A program made the position numbers and the translations under genes. 64,000 bases of DNA. It comes from Trichoplax adhaerens. Its lineage: Eukaryota; Animalia; Placozoa. Positions 37,536 to 50,740 of this stretch are shown here, piece after piece. Within the stretch, counting starts at the first letter, position 1. Each line of letters begins with the position of its first letter. Location of the stretch: the NCBI RefSeq assembly GCF_000150275.1, contig NW_002060949.1:1361836-1425835 (forward strand), read 5' to 3'. The notes below the pieces were generated by a model, which was not told the DNA's origin, searched no databases, and saw only the letters and a program-made list of their open reading frames with translations.

Positions 37536-40500
37536 ATGAACATGGAGAATTGTCCCAGGACGAACAACAATCGTTTAGCTGCTTATAAATCCAAAGCTAG
37601 TAAGGTTGATCGATCAGAAAAGGCAGCCATTGATCGCAAGAATCAACGTCACAAGTTATTAGATCAACGACGTCCTTTTATGCGAGTCGATAGCAACAAA
37701 GCACAAGATCAGGTTATGTGCGAAAAGAAGAAAAATCACGATAATGGTATAGCTCTATGAATAAGCTATTATCAAATTAGAAAATTATCATCGTATGATA
37801 ACTGTATAGTCAAGCAGATAGACACACTTACATACTGTACACATGTATACTGGTACACAGTAATGGGATAGGCATATAACGTTGATGTAGACAACAGTCT
37901 CAACTTTTACCAATTTAGCTTTACCTCGAAATTTATAATACAATCACATCCTATTATTGACAGTCCTCAAATATCTTACTTAATAAATTGATAAGGTACA
38001 TAGAGTAAACGCAATGATAGACATACCTAGCGAATTGTCCATACTGGAGTACATGTACGTATACTATACAGTGCACTCTACTTTGCATGATTCAGTAAAA
38101 ATAAATGCTTCATATTGAGTTTACTAATCATTCTCGGAAACAGAACTGTGTATACTTTCCACAAAATTCATAATACAACTATTTATAAATTTACGGTATC
38201 GGAAATGTTTTTTTCATGCAATGATAACCATTATAAAATTAAATACTTTAAATTACACATACACAAAGCAGTAAATCGTCATAACCTTTCATCATAGTCT
38301 TGTTAGACTATAGAGAAATAACATGAATGGATGAACAGTTGTCAATTTATCTGTTATAGTGACAGAAATCGAGAATATTGAGGCAAGTAAATTTCGTCGA
38401 CAACAACTACTTAAATGGAAAGAGAAAAAAGAACAGGAAAAGAAAAAGCAACTACGTGAACTATCCAGAAAAAAACCATTTGTTGTACCTGCTGCATTAA
38501 ATTACATCCGTCCAAAATATGTATCAGAAAGTAAGTGAATGACACATGAAATAGTACCAATATTCAGTAGATAGATGATTTAATCATATATAATTCATCA
38601 TCTTTGAAAGCATTTCATATGTGCGTCTTACTAAACCAGTATGCCAATAAACTTATTTTTTGCAATATACTGTACAGTAAACTCTACAATTATCAAGAAT
38701 AAGCATACCTATTAATGCTTTGCAAATCTAACTAAACCCGCTACAATATACTATACACTATAATCTCATTTAGCTAGGCCTACAATAACAATATTCATTC
38801 TCATTTTCTATTATATTATTAGATGACGGAAATAAAATTTCCCAAGCAAATCACAACATATTCCAAAGTAAAATGAAATCCACAACGAAAGAAAATGCAG
38901 ATAAGCCTAGACGTATTACTAGGTCTAAAAGTAAAGCGATAGCAAGTAAAGCGACGACAAGTAAAGTGACGACAAAAACTGATCAAGCCATGAAGAAAGT
39001 TGCAAATAAAAAACCCACTGCTCCTACTGTTAAAAATTTACGTAACAGAAAGATTGTTATACCGGGAAGTAAACCGAAAGAACAGGATCCATCTATAAAA
39101 CAACCTACTAAAACTCATCAACCAAATAAGGTTCTAATGATGATTGCTAATATTTTTATGATTGAATAATAATTTCTACTCTTGTGTTTCCCCTTCTTAA
39201 CCCAGTCATTAATAATAGTTATTACTACCTATAGTCATAAGATAATAGGTAAAAATATCCAACTCTCTTTCTCTATATATCAGATCATTTAATTATATAT
39301 ATTTGAATTATTCGTACAGGTTCCTCAATTAGCGCCAAATAATTTTACCTTTCAACCGCTCAATCTTAAGCTGCCCGATTTGCAGCCCTTTCAACCACTT
39401 TCACCAAATACGGCTGCAAGCTTCTTAGATCCATCTCCTGCACTACTAGCAAGCCCTACTCTGCTTAACAAGATGACTTTACCGACAGCTAGAGAGATTG
39501 GAATTAGTTTCTCTTCAGGTGGGATGATATTATCTTAATATTCAATAAAAATGCCTTCGTGTAGATCGTGGCTATTCAAATGCGAAGTAACTTCCTTGTT
39601 GCATAGAAGACATATTCACCCAAGAGATAAAATTTTGATCTAACTGTAACATTCCTATTTATAGATATAACGCGTAATGGCTCCAATGATAAAATGGCTG
39701 CTTCATCGCAAGAAGGTAATGATGGATAATAATAATAATTACGAAATCTACTCTCTAACATATAGTGACTAGAGCATCCATTTTGCACAACACCGTATAC
39801 CATAAACTCTTATAGTACTACCTATGACTGAAGCTGTAATACGGTCTACACTATTACAATCTGGCTAATATAATTGAAGGTATGGATATTGATATAATTT
39901 GCTATAGATTCAACCAATAATCAATCCAGTCAAGATACTATTTTAACACCACAAAAAGCACTGGATTTCTCCGCATGCGACGGTGAAAATCGTTTCCGTC
40001 GAAATGTTAATGCAGAGACACAACGATTAAACGATCTTTGTGATCATTGGAACCAGGTTAAAAGTGAATTAAATCTTGATGACGAAGCCAGACTGGAAGA
40101 CATCCGAGGGCAGATTGATAGTGCAGTAGGCCAAGCTCAATTACTTATAAACAAGAAATTTAAACAATTTCATCAATTGATAGATAAGAGCTTACGAACT
40201 GAAACACCTCATAAAGCATTTGAATCGGATTTAGAAGGTTTTTGGGAAATGGTCTTTATTCAGGTAGAAAATTTAAATAATAAGTTTGGTGCTTTAAAAA
40301 TTTTACAAGATTGTAATTGGGTCGATAATACGAAGCAAAAAACAAAAACTAAGAAAGGCAAAAAAGGGAATACAAAGAAGAATAAGAAAACTCCAACACG
40401 TATTGCTAATAGCCGAAATAAATTAAGAGAATTTATAGCTGCTCAAAAACAAACTAAACCTTGTGAAAATGTTGAGGAACCTATCTCACAAGGTAATGAT

Positions 40501-41897
40501 CAGTCTGAAAATAATTTGGACAACAACAATATCAACAATGAGAATAATGAAAATAGAATGGTACTAAGATCAGTAACTAAAAAGATTCGATTTGCTGATG
40601 AGCTTCAATCTGGTGGAAACTTAATTATATCACCAACACCATCTAAACGACGAAGATCCTATCGGAAAACACCAGGTAGCAATTCATCCAGAAGTTTTTC
40701 TATAACTCAAGAAACTTCAGAAAGTATGGAAGAGAATCAGGATGGTTCGCTGACAGATTCACCTTCTATAGTGCGATCTATATTGAAGAAAACACCAGCA
40801 AACAAATCTACTGAGCTGTTAACTAAAGATGAAACAGCTATACCTTTAGAATCGCTAGCTGTAACTTTATTTACTGACGAAAAAGACGATATCGATCAAA
40901 CTACAGATGCAATCAATGATATCTCGGACGGGCTACCCGAAGATTATTTTCAGCCAGCTAAGGCTGAAAATACTGATTCTTTATCACCTCAATTAATAGA
41001 TTTAAGTAATGGCATTGTATTACCGTTTGATACAATTAAACCTACTCAAATGGATAATAACTTAGAGGAATCCAGTGATGGTCTATTATTTAACGCATTT
41101 GGAGGCATTATGAATGGAAGCAGCAAAAGGAATAGTTACTACAAACAGATTGACGTAGATCTATTACAATTTTCGCCTGCTGTCACTCCAAGAAAATCAA
41201 CTACCCCAAGAAAATCTCCGTGGCATCGAAGTTGTAAGCGTAATACTATATTATAAGCTATTTCAATAAATATAGGATTTGTAGGTATTCTACTTACCAT
41301 ACCGTTCAATTAAATAACGTGTTTCACAAGTTCTTCATTGTGTATGCATATGTATATGTCCGTAGTATTGATAATTGATGTTTATAAAATAACAGAATGT
41401 TTTTGATATCATGGTTAATATCATATTATTTTATAGCATCCAAGAATAAAGTGGAAGGTTCATTAGTGAAGCGTTATGCCTCTATCACGCCAAAGAAAGA
41501 AATGAAGTAAGTATATCTAGTGTCAACTGATTGCCTGCTTACTTATTTATTTGCATTTCACGCTACTGAACTTCAGTACCTTATAATACATTGAAGTTAT
41601 TAATTTAGCAAGAATACACATTTAGATGTTAAATTTATGGTTATATTGATATAGCTTACTTAACTATGCAAAATATACTTAATTTTTATTTAGGTAACTA
41701 GCATTTAATGTTTCATATTCATTTTTAGGGTTGAATTAGGTACCGATATCATCTTTACCCCTGTTATCCGATCTAAAAGGAATGAAAAGTCTGGTAGAAG
41801 AAGTGTTTCACAAATTGTAGTTGAAAAATTGCACGAATTACCAGAAGACATGGACTTTGGCATCCAAAGTAACAAGCATTTAATTGACCTAAATTAG
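37536..41897 (+). CDS. DLGAP5: DLGAP5/HURP-like GKAP-domain mitotic spindle protein, 8 exons
   Basis: Exons 37536-37746, 38360-38530, 38823-39130, 39320-39518, 39665-39715, 39908-41233, 41437-41506 and 41729-41897 are phase-consistent. HURP-like RRQQLLKWKEKKEQEKKK...KKPFVV, and GKAP domain ETQRLNDLCDHW...IDSAVGQAQLLINKKFKQFHQLI...DLEGFWEMVFIQVENLNNKF. Many S/TP sites. Confidence 0.85.
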
Positions 41898-43217
41898 ATC
41901 TGGGTCGCTATCCATAATACTCTTACGTGATATCATACTACCAATTTTTGGTAATAAGCGTAGTATAACATGTATATTCCTACAACAATTTTTACTGTAA
42001 AATTATAACAACACTGTCTTCGTACAAGTATTTATAATTATACCGTCCAGTAGCCTTACGTCCCTGTTAAGTCTATATAAAATTTAATTAATTATAATTA
42101 CCTGATTGCTTCTCGTATTAGAGAGCTATACCTATTATACTGTTTTACCTTAGATTACAGTATATTATCTTAATTTATCAATATTCTTTCCTTATCATAG
42201 ATTTTACTGTATACACTTTAAAATTATGCTTACTTTCCCATAGTGTAATTGCCATCTTAGAGATGTACCAAGTTTTTCTACAATTGTAAGTGATAACGTT
42301 TATCGATTTAGATGTTGGAACATAAATCTATTATGTTACACTTATAATTAATTAATAAGCTGATATAGACAAGTGTGTTTTAGCGATAAAACAGGCGATA
42401 AAGCTATAGATCGTTTACTGATGTAATTTATGAGATCTCTGTATATATGTATTCTTACTTAAGTAGTGAAGTTAATGCACAAACTGATAAGACGTTACAT
42501 CTATAGAAATAATGAAATAGACAAATCAAGGCTAAGATAGGGCCTATTCGAATAGAGAGATTTCATATACACCGTGTACGACTGTATGTGTGTGTGTTAA
42601 ATAAAAACCGGTTACTCTTGACTTAGTAAGAAATGCTTACTGCTTGTACGCGTATATATGTGTAGCACCATTTGCATATCCAAAATACGTTGTAGTTCAT
42701 TCTAAGTTAACAAAGCTGTTATGCTTTACTACATTTATGTTAAGATTCTTAATTAATAAATTCTGAATTTATAAAAGACACTAAATTTCATGATGGGTAT
42801 TGCTGTCATTGTTCTTAGCTTCATTTCATGAATAGACCTAAAGCAGCAGAATAATAAATTAAATTAACTACAAGCAGTAATCACTATATTGCGCTGCTGT
42901 TTTACAATATGATCATCATCGACTTAGCCGATCATATAGAGCAGTAAGTGGTCGCAAGAATTGATACCACAAGTTATTAGATTAATAACGCCCATTGATG
43001 TAAATTTACATTAGTCAAGCACAAGATAAACTTATAAGGGACAAGAATAATCAAAGCAATATTCGTAAGCTGTATATGGAATCATAAAATACGATAGCCC
43101 AACTATCGACCATTTTACTGATCGTTTAGTCCTAGCTTTACTATTGAAGCATCAGTATCGCATGGTGACTATCGAGTAGATACGCATGCATCACATTCTC
43201 GACAGGTTTCATAACTG

Positions 43218-43410
43218 TACCTAGAATGCTTAAAGTAATACTATATGGGCAAAGTAGTCGATATCGCCTTCAACTCTATTATTTAATCTATTCATCCGAA
43301 AACTATACTAGTAGTATAGTATAGTACCTATAATGCTTAAAATAATACTATGAGGGCAAGTAGTTAATAATCACCTTCCACCCATTATTTAATCTATTCA
43401 TCTGAAAATG
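43218..43410. repeat. ~85-bp diverged direct duplication
   Basis: TACCTA.AATGCTTAAA.TAATACTAT...TATTATTTAATCTATTCATC.GAAAA occurs twice, with a more degenerate third copy near 43480. Confidence 0.75.
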
Positions 43411-44769
43411 ATACATACTGTATACCATATAGATTTGTAATCACTAAATATGACACCGTAGTAAATTATCGTAGTAGCTACCCATAATGCCAAAATAATA
43501 CTCTAAGGTAAGAGGTTATTGATTATTACTTTAATCGTTTTCAATTCTGTCACTTAATATATTTATATGAGAGCAATTATGGTTTCAGGATTTAGATTGT
43601 GCTATAAGATAAAATGATCTTTATTTAAACTACCGCGTTTGACTAATTTTACTATTTCGAGAGATATACGGAACATGGCAATGATATAAAAGATAAAGGA
43701 AAATGATTATTTTTAAATTAATTTAATTAAACGCCTTGTTAAACAGCACATTATCCTACTTATGTGCGTATCTTTCATCGATTTTTAAACTATTATCCTA
43801 CCACTCTGACTACTTTATCGAAGGATAGACAGATAATTACTAGAAGAAAATCAACTTATCCAACCTTCTAATAATAATTAATCGGCTAGAAAATAGAAAT
43901 AATTTATCTTCATTTAATGCAGAATCAAGGTAGTTTTATAGTTTTCCATTTCAGGTTAATAATACAATACAAAGTAGGAAAAATTGATTTGGAATAGTGG
44001 TGCTGATTAATTGAATAACAGGAAGCCATATTTTTGGATATTGTCTATCAGTTATAAGCATAGGAAATAACAGGCTTGATATAAGCATTAATTTACTCCC
44101 ACGTACTCATGCAGAGTCAATAACAGGATAGGAGTGATCATAAAAGATTTCTCTCTCCCTATAATAATTGTTGACTTATTAATTATGGTTCAAAGGCAAA
44201 AATTTTTTTTGTCTTCTTGACATTTTCTGTTTATCGAATTGCAATGTTATAGTATGATGAGAGAGATATTTTTTAGTTTTCTATCGTGAACTTAAGAAAA
44301 TATTTTTATCATTGTCGACAATACCATCAAGAGTTTAGCTTAGAAAATGATAGCCCATTTCGATGATGATATTACTCATTACCTATAGTTGATAACGAAA
44401 TTGGATCTGTTCTCAAAGATGGAATAAAAGACAGCACACGATAACCACCTTCAAAAACCATATTACTGTATTACTTTAAAGTAAATGATACTCTTTTTCA
44501 AAAGATAGAATTACTAGTTATTTCATTACTGCAAATACTATTGAATTTAAAGCTTATTAAATAATCATCTCTTTTGAAGGCGACATTACTGCTGATTCGC
44601 TCAACGATTAGTACAATCATAACATGCTTTCCATAAATAAGCAAAAGATAGCTGATATTAAAATTATTGTTACTGATTGTGTCATATTTATCTAATGATT
44701 AATTCATTAAATCCTATACTTCCCCATTCAACTAGCAGCTGAAAGTATAAGCGATATTAAAATGACAAT

Positions 44770-47220
44770 ATTGTTAGCTGAATACCTGATGACTAATAGA
44801 ATTGGGATTGGGCCTCCTAACGATAAATCAAAATAGTAAATAATGATTATTTATCAAAAAATATTAATATTACTAATTATTACCGGTAGTCGATGACTAA
44901 TGGAATTGAACAATAATCCTTGAGAGTAAATCAAAGTTGTAAACAGTGATTATTTATTTCCAAAGATGCTGCAATATTACTAGTTATTACTAGCGGTCGA
45001 TGACTAATGGAATTAAATAATAATCCTTGAGAGAAAATCAAAGTTGTAAACAGTAATCATTTTTTAAGGTGTCGTAAACTAACTCTTTACTGGATAACTA
45101 ATAATATCGAGTATTTCAGATATATCTTCTAAGGATGACTAAGGTAGTAAACAGTGATGCTTTCCCAAAATAGCATTATCTCTTATTGATCTGATGACTA
45201 AGAAATCAAAGATTTTTCATAGAGTGAAGTAAGGTAGTAAACCCATTCATAGATGCTGCTACCGTTTATTCCTTTGAAAAATGCAATAAAAATTCGATAT
45301 ATTGACGAAAGAATCATTGAAGGCAAATAAATAATAGTTATTTTTTCTTCAAGATATTATTATTCATGACTTATTTACTGAGTAATTACAAGGAAAATCA
45401 AACACATCTCTCAAAGTAAAATAACGTAGTTAACCCATTCACAAATGCTGCTATCGGTTATTCAGTTGATAAATATAATTAAAATATGATGTATTGGTGA
45501 AGAATCATTGAAGACAATAAATAATACTTATTTTTTTCATAAGACGGTATCATTTATGAATTATCTGATGACTGATAAATATATCATGAATTTGAATGTA
45601 TTCTCTACGAAAATGAAGCAGTGTCTATGAAATCATTTTCAGAGATTGCAATATTATTAGTCATTTATCTGATGACTAGCGAAATTTCAATCTATCCTTC
45701 AATTAATAATACCGTATATGTTAAGTACCGTAGCAACCAATGCAATAGTATAAACACTTTAAAAGATAGTAGAATTAATAATCACGTTTCTGAGAACTAG
45801 TCGAATTTCAATTTAATTAATTAACAATATCGTACATGTCAAGTAAGGACCAAAGTAATGATATGAACATTTTAAAAGATAGTAGCATTAATCATGTTCG
45901 TGAGAACTAGTAAAATTTCAATCTATCCCTTAATTAATAGTATGGTACATGTTAATTAGTAATGGCATAAATATCTTAAAAGACAGTAGAGTTAATAGTC
46001 ATATTTGTGAGCACTAGCGAAATTTCAATCCATTCCTTAATTAATAACACGATATATACTAAGTAGAAATCAAAGTAATGGCACAAATATTTTAAAAGAC
46101 AGTAGAATTTATAGCCATGTTTATGAGGACTAGTGAAATTTCAATCTATCCCTGAATTAATAACACGGTACATGTTAAGCAGAAATTAAAGTAATGGTAT
46201 AAACCATAGCGGAAAAGAAAAATCTTTCTCTATTTCTATATTTAAAAACACTTTAAAAGACAGTAGAATTAATAGTCATGTTTATGAGCACTTGAAGAAT
46301 TTTCAATCTATTCCTTAATTAATAATACGGTGCGTATCAAGTAGGAATCAAAGTAATGGTATAAACATTTTTAAAAGATAGTAGAATTAATAACTATTCA
46401 TCTGATGACTAATGAAATTGAATTTATCTCTTAAGAGAGAATCAAGGCGATAATATGGCTACTTTCGAGGATGGTAGTGTCGTTCGTCGTTCATTTGGAG
46501 CGATATTCGACTAGGTTAAAAACTAATTAAAATGAAACTAGAACGTATTCTTTCAGAAAGAATCAAGTAAGCCATGTAGAGATTTTAGAAGATAATTGAC
46601 AATCATTTGTTAGAGCGATATTCGACTAATTTAATGAAAATGAGATTAAAATCTATCCCGTTAGAATTAATTGAGGTAAAGCTATAATCAATCTTGAAGA
46701 TAACGGTATTATTAATCGTTTATCTCAGCGGTATTTGACCAGATTAAGAGCTAAGAAAATGAAAAATCTGCCCCTTAAAAGAATCAAGTGGAATCAAGTG
46801 GAATAACTATTTTAGAGGATACCAATATTATTAATCGTTTATCCGGACGATATTGGATTAGATTAATAGTTAATACAGTTAAATCTATCTTTTGAGATAG
46901 AATCAAGTAAGTAAAGTGATTATTATAGACGATAAAAGTATCCTTAATAGTTTATTAGAGCAATATTCATTCATTTTAATGACGATAGAACTTCTCAAGA
47001 AAGGCTCAAACTAAGGAGATGGTCATTTTTGAAGAAAGTAGTGTTGTGGAGCGTTTCAACGAGCAATATTCTACTACTTTAATGACCTGTAATATTAAAT
47101 TTATCCCTCAAGAAGGAATCAACACGGCGATATCAAAAATTTTTAAAGATTATGGCTTAGCTATACCTGATGATTCATGAAATCTTTAAGAAGAAATCAA
47201 GGTAAGGATACATTACTATT
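44770..47220. repeat. Old diverged tandem array of ~110-125-bp units
   Basis: Recurring GATGACTAA, AAAGA(T/C)AGTAGAATTAATA, AATTTCAATCTAT.CCT and GAATCAAG blocks whose sequence drifts along the array. Confidence 0.8.
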
Positions 47221-49294
47221 GTAAAAAAATCTAGGCCTAATTATTTACTCAAGGCGAGAGAAATTATCTCTTGTAATTAAAAATCAAAGAATCCAAATAA
47301 AGATTACTTTCAAAAGTATTTTTATTCGTTATTTTGAATTGAAACTAAATATATTCAACAATGAGCGTTTTCAAAGACTGTGGGAGTATCCATTAGCTCC
47401 TTCCTGCGGATGGAATCTTCTTGTAGTTAGAACGTACGGTAATTGAGTGATATCCTCTTTTAATAACGACTACACTTATGCGTGTCTGTAGAATAAAATT
47501 GTAAATAAAGACTGAATTTCCAGTTTAAGAGCGAAAATTGTCATATTTATTTGAGAATAAACAAGTTTTCAATTGTTTATAACTACTACTACAACTACAA
47601 AATAAAAAAAACTACGCAATGAATTCTAATCATGATCATATTGACATTTCATGTCATGGGCATTGACCCTCAACATTAAAAATGCCATTTGTAGAGAGTT
47701 TTCTCTTTGACTTGAGAGTATTTCTCCGAATTTAGCAGAGCTAGAAATGATCTCCTAAGGAAAAATACCCTATTCAGCATCAACTTTATTCATTGCGAAT
47801 AACGGATTTAGTACATAATTTGTATAGTAACTGTTAACAGATAAGAAAAGATCAAGTTTGGAGTATTGTTATAAATTTTACTGGAAATGAAAGATAGAAG
47901 AATGCTAAATTTCAGAGAAATAGCTGAAACAATCTTTATAAGATATTTTTATTGTCAAGAGCAGAATACTATTTCAAATAAAGTGACAGTAATAAGTGTT
48001 GTATTATTATCACCAATAGTACAATAGAGATTATGTGAAGATGACAAAGTATACATTTTTGATCCATTTTCTGGATATTCCCCTTGTATCCTTTACTTTT
48101 ATGATAATTCTATTGATCATGAATCCTTGTGGTAATGTAAACTACCGGTCAATCTGTCAAATTTCTGATGAGATCCCCTCCCTAAAAAAATTACATTAAC
48201 ACAACTATTAAATTGCAATTTAGTCATCATTTACAACAAGTACAATGGATGAAATAATGGACAGGATTGTAATATGGAATTGTGAAAAAATTGGGAGATA
48301 GAAAAATACATTTTAGGAATTTTACTACTATCAATTAGCATCAATTCGTGTTTAGCTCTCCTTCTGACCATTGTAAATTTGCTAACTATTTCAAGATCGA
48401 GCTATTCTACTGTGGCTTATGACTCTTTTACTGTCATTCTTTAGGAATTGACTTTTAATGCTGATTCTTCGATACCTATACTAAGGCTACTTTCCTGTTC
48501 AAAGGAATGTTCTATTTGGGCTAGAATAAGCCGACATGATTTATTGGATTTTCATTGAAATAGCAAATACTTCTATGCTCTCATTCTCATGATCTCGTAT
48601 ATTACTATTCAAGCCCATTACCTCGCGATAAAGGTTCAATTTATCTGAAAATATGGTTATTGCTATCGAAAAGGATACTCATTGCCACTAAATGGCTGGC
48701 AATTTATGATAGCAATTTCGACCCAGAGTATCTCTTATCCTTTTCTTCCTATTATTCAAGGCAGTACTATAGTTATAGTGCTCAAACTAATAGTATCATT
48801 GAGTCTAAAAGGGGCCACAATGCTGATATAGAAGGTTGCTTTATATTCTACTTTCTATCTTGTCATCCAAGCTAATTAATACTATCTGTCATCTCCTTAC
48901 AGATCTAAATTGTTTCAATCCCGGATGTCTATGCCAAGACATTTTGAGTTCATTAATAACTGCAAAGCTTGCTTTTAGTTGGCATTTTAGTTTTGTTTAG
49001 CTAAAAATTCGAGTGTATGTGACATATATATTATTTCGCCATCGAATTGCTTGAATACTTTCTAGACTGCAATTACAGTCTTGAACAACGGATAACAAGG
49101 GCAGACTTGATTCAGGAGAAAAATAAATATTGTTTTTCTGTTTAAATTGAATTTTCTGTCCAACTCTTCTTTTTATAATAGTCGTGTAACATTCATTGTA
49201 GATAAAGTAATTTTTGTATGCTTGATTAGCAATTGTAGGTTATGCACTGTTTTTCCATATCACCTATTCATCATTTGGCACTATTAATTAATAA

Positions 49295-50740
49295 AATTAG
49301 TTCTCATTGACTTGAATCCTCTTTCCAATTTTTAAAAATCGACCTTAAATCCTACTCATAATTACTATGGAATGAATATAGGTTTCTATTGAATGGAGTT
49401 CTTATTTACTTCGATTTTTTTTCCACTTTTAAATCAGCATTATCCATGCTGGTCCTAATCAATAAGGAAGTAATATTGATTTTAATAGATTAAGTATTTT
49501 ATTTACTTTTACTTTATCCTCTTTCCACTTTTAAAATCGATACTGATCATAATCATCAAGAAATGATAACTTAATCCTAACCCTGGTACTGATTTTAAAT
49601 GAATCTAGGTCTTATTTATTTTCTGCTCTCTTTCCAACTTTAAAAAATCCACGTCATACATACACTGATCATAGTCCATTAAGGATAGAATACTATTTTA
49701 ATGAACTTAATTCTTATTTACTTTTACTTTCTTTCCATCTTTTAAAAATCGACGCCATACATGCAATGATCATAGACCTTCAAGGAATAATACCGATTTT
49801 AGTGACTATCATTTTTACCAACTTTTACCCTCATTACAAACTGTGATTATTATTGAAATTATTCCTTACTGATTTTATCATCTTTCCGATTAATATAATT
49901 TAATAGTCAACGTTATACATACTGATTATAATCAGTAAGGAAACCTGCAATGGTAATTTCTTTCTCATTGACTTCTTTCCAACTTTTAAAAGTCGATGTC
50001 ATAAATACCAATCATTACAACGAAATAACAAAGGCTTTAATGAATTCAGTTCTTATTGACTTTTATCTTCTTTTCAACTTAAAAAAATCGAACTTAAAAA
50101 CACTAATTAACCACTAATCAAAATTAATAAGAAAATACAAGAACTTTAATGAATTAAGCTCTCATTGACTTCTACCTTCTTTCCAACCTTTAAAAAATCG
50201 ACATTAAAACACTACCGGTAATTAACCACTAATCGAAATCAATAAGGAAATGACGAGAACTGTAATGGATTCAGTTCTTATTGACTTCTACCTCCTTTCC
50301 AACATTAAAAACATCAGTTAACCATTAATCCTAATCAATAAGAAAATGACAAGAAGTGTACTGAATTCAGTTCTTATAAAGTTTTACGTTTTTCCAACTC
50401 GTAAAAAATTAAGGTAAAAATATTCTAATTATAGTCAATAAGGAAATAAGACCAACTTAAAAGAATTCAATTCTTATTGACTGCTACCTTTTTCCAACTT
50501 TTAAAAATCGACATTAACAATACTGATCATAGCCAATAAGTAAATAAGATCGACCATAGCGAATTCAGTTATCATTAACTTCTACTTACTTTCCTACTTT
50601 ACAAATTAATGTTAAAAACACCAATTACAATCAATAAGGACGTAATACTAACTTTAATGAATTCACTTCTGTTTGACTTTTACCGTCTTTCCAACGGTTA
50701 AAATCAACGTTATGCCATATTGATTATAGTCAATATAGAA
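49295..50740. repeat. Old diverged tandem array of ~120-bp units, ~12 copies
   Basis: Recurring TTCT(T/C)ATT(G/T)ACTT...TTTCCAACTTTTAAAAATCGAC...CAATAAGGAA...AATGAATT. Confidence 0.85.

Noticed and set aside
45180-46420. CTGATGA...GAAA hammerhead-ribozyme core look-alikes in the array (for example CTGATGACTAGCGAAATTTC at 45669)
   Set aside because: Helices I and II cannot pair, and most units have lost the core.
48030-48230. Stop-interrupted frame faintly resembling an LRR C-terminal cap; similar LRR-like scraps on the minus strand at 52.9-53.2 kb
   Set aside because: Multiple stops, and the L/N/I-rich resemblance is expected from AT-rich sequence; needs tblastx.
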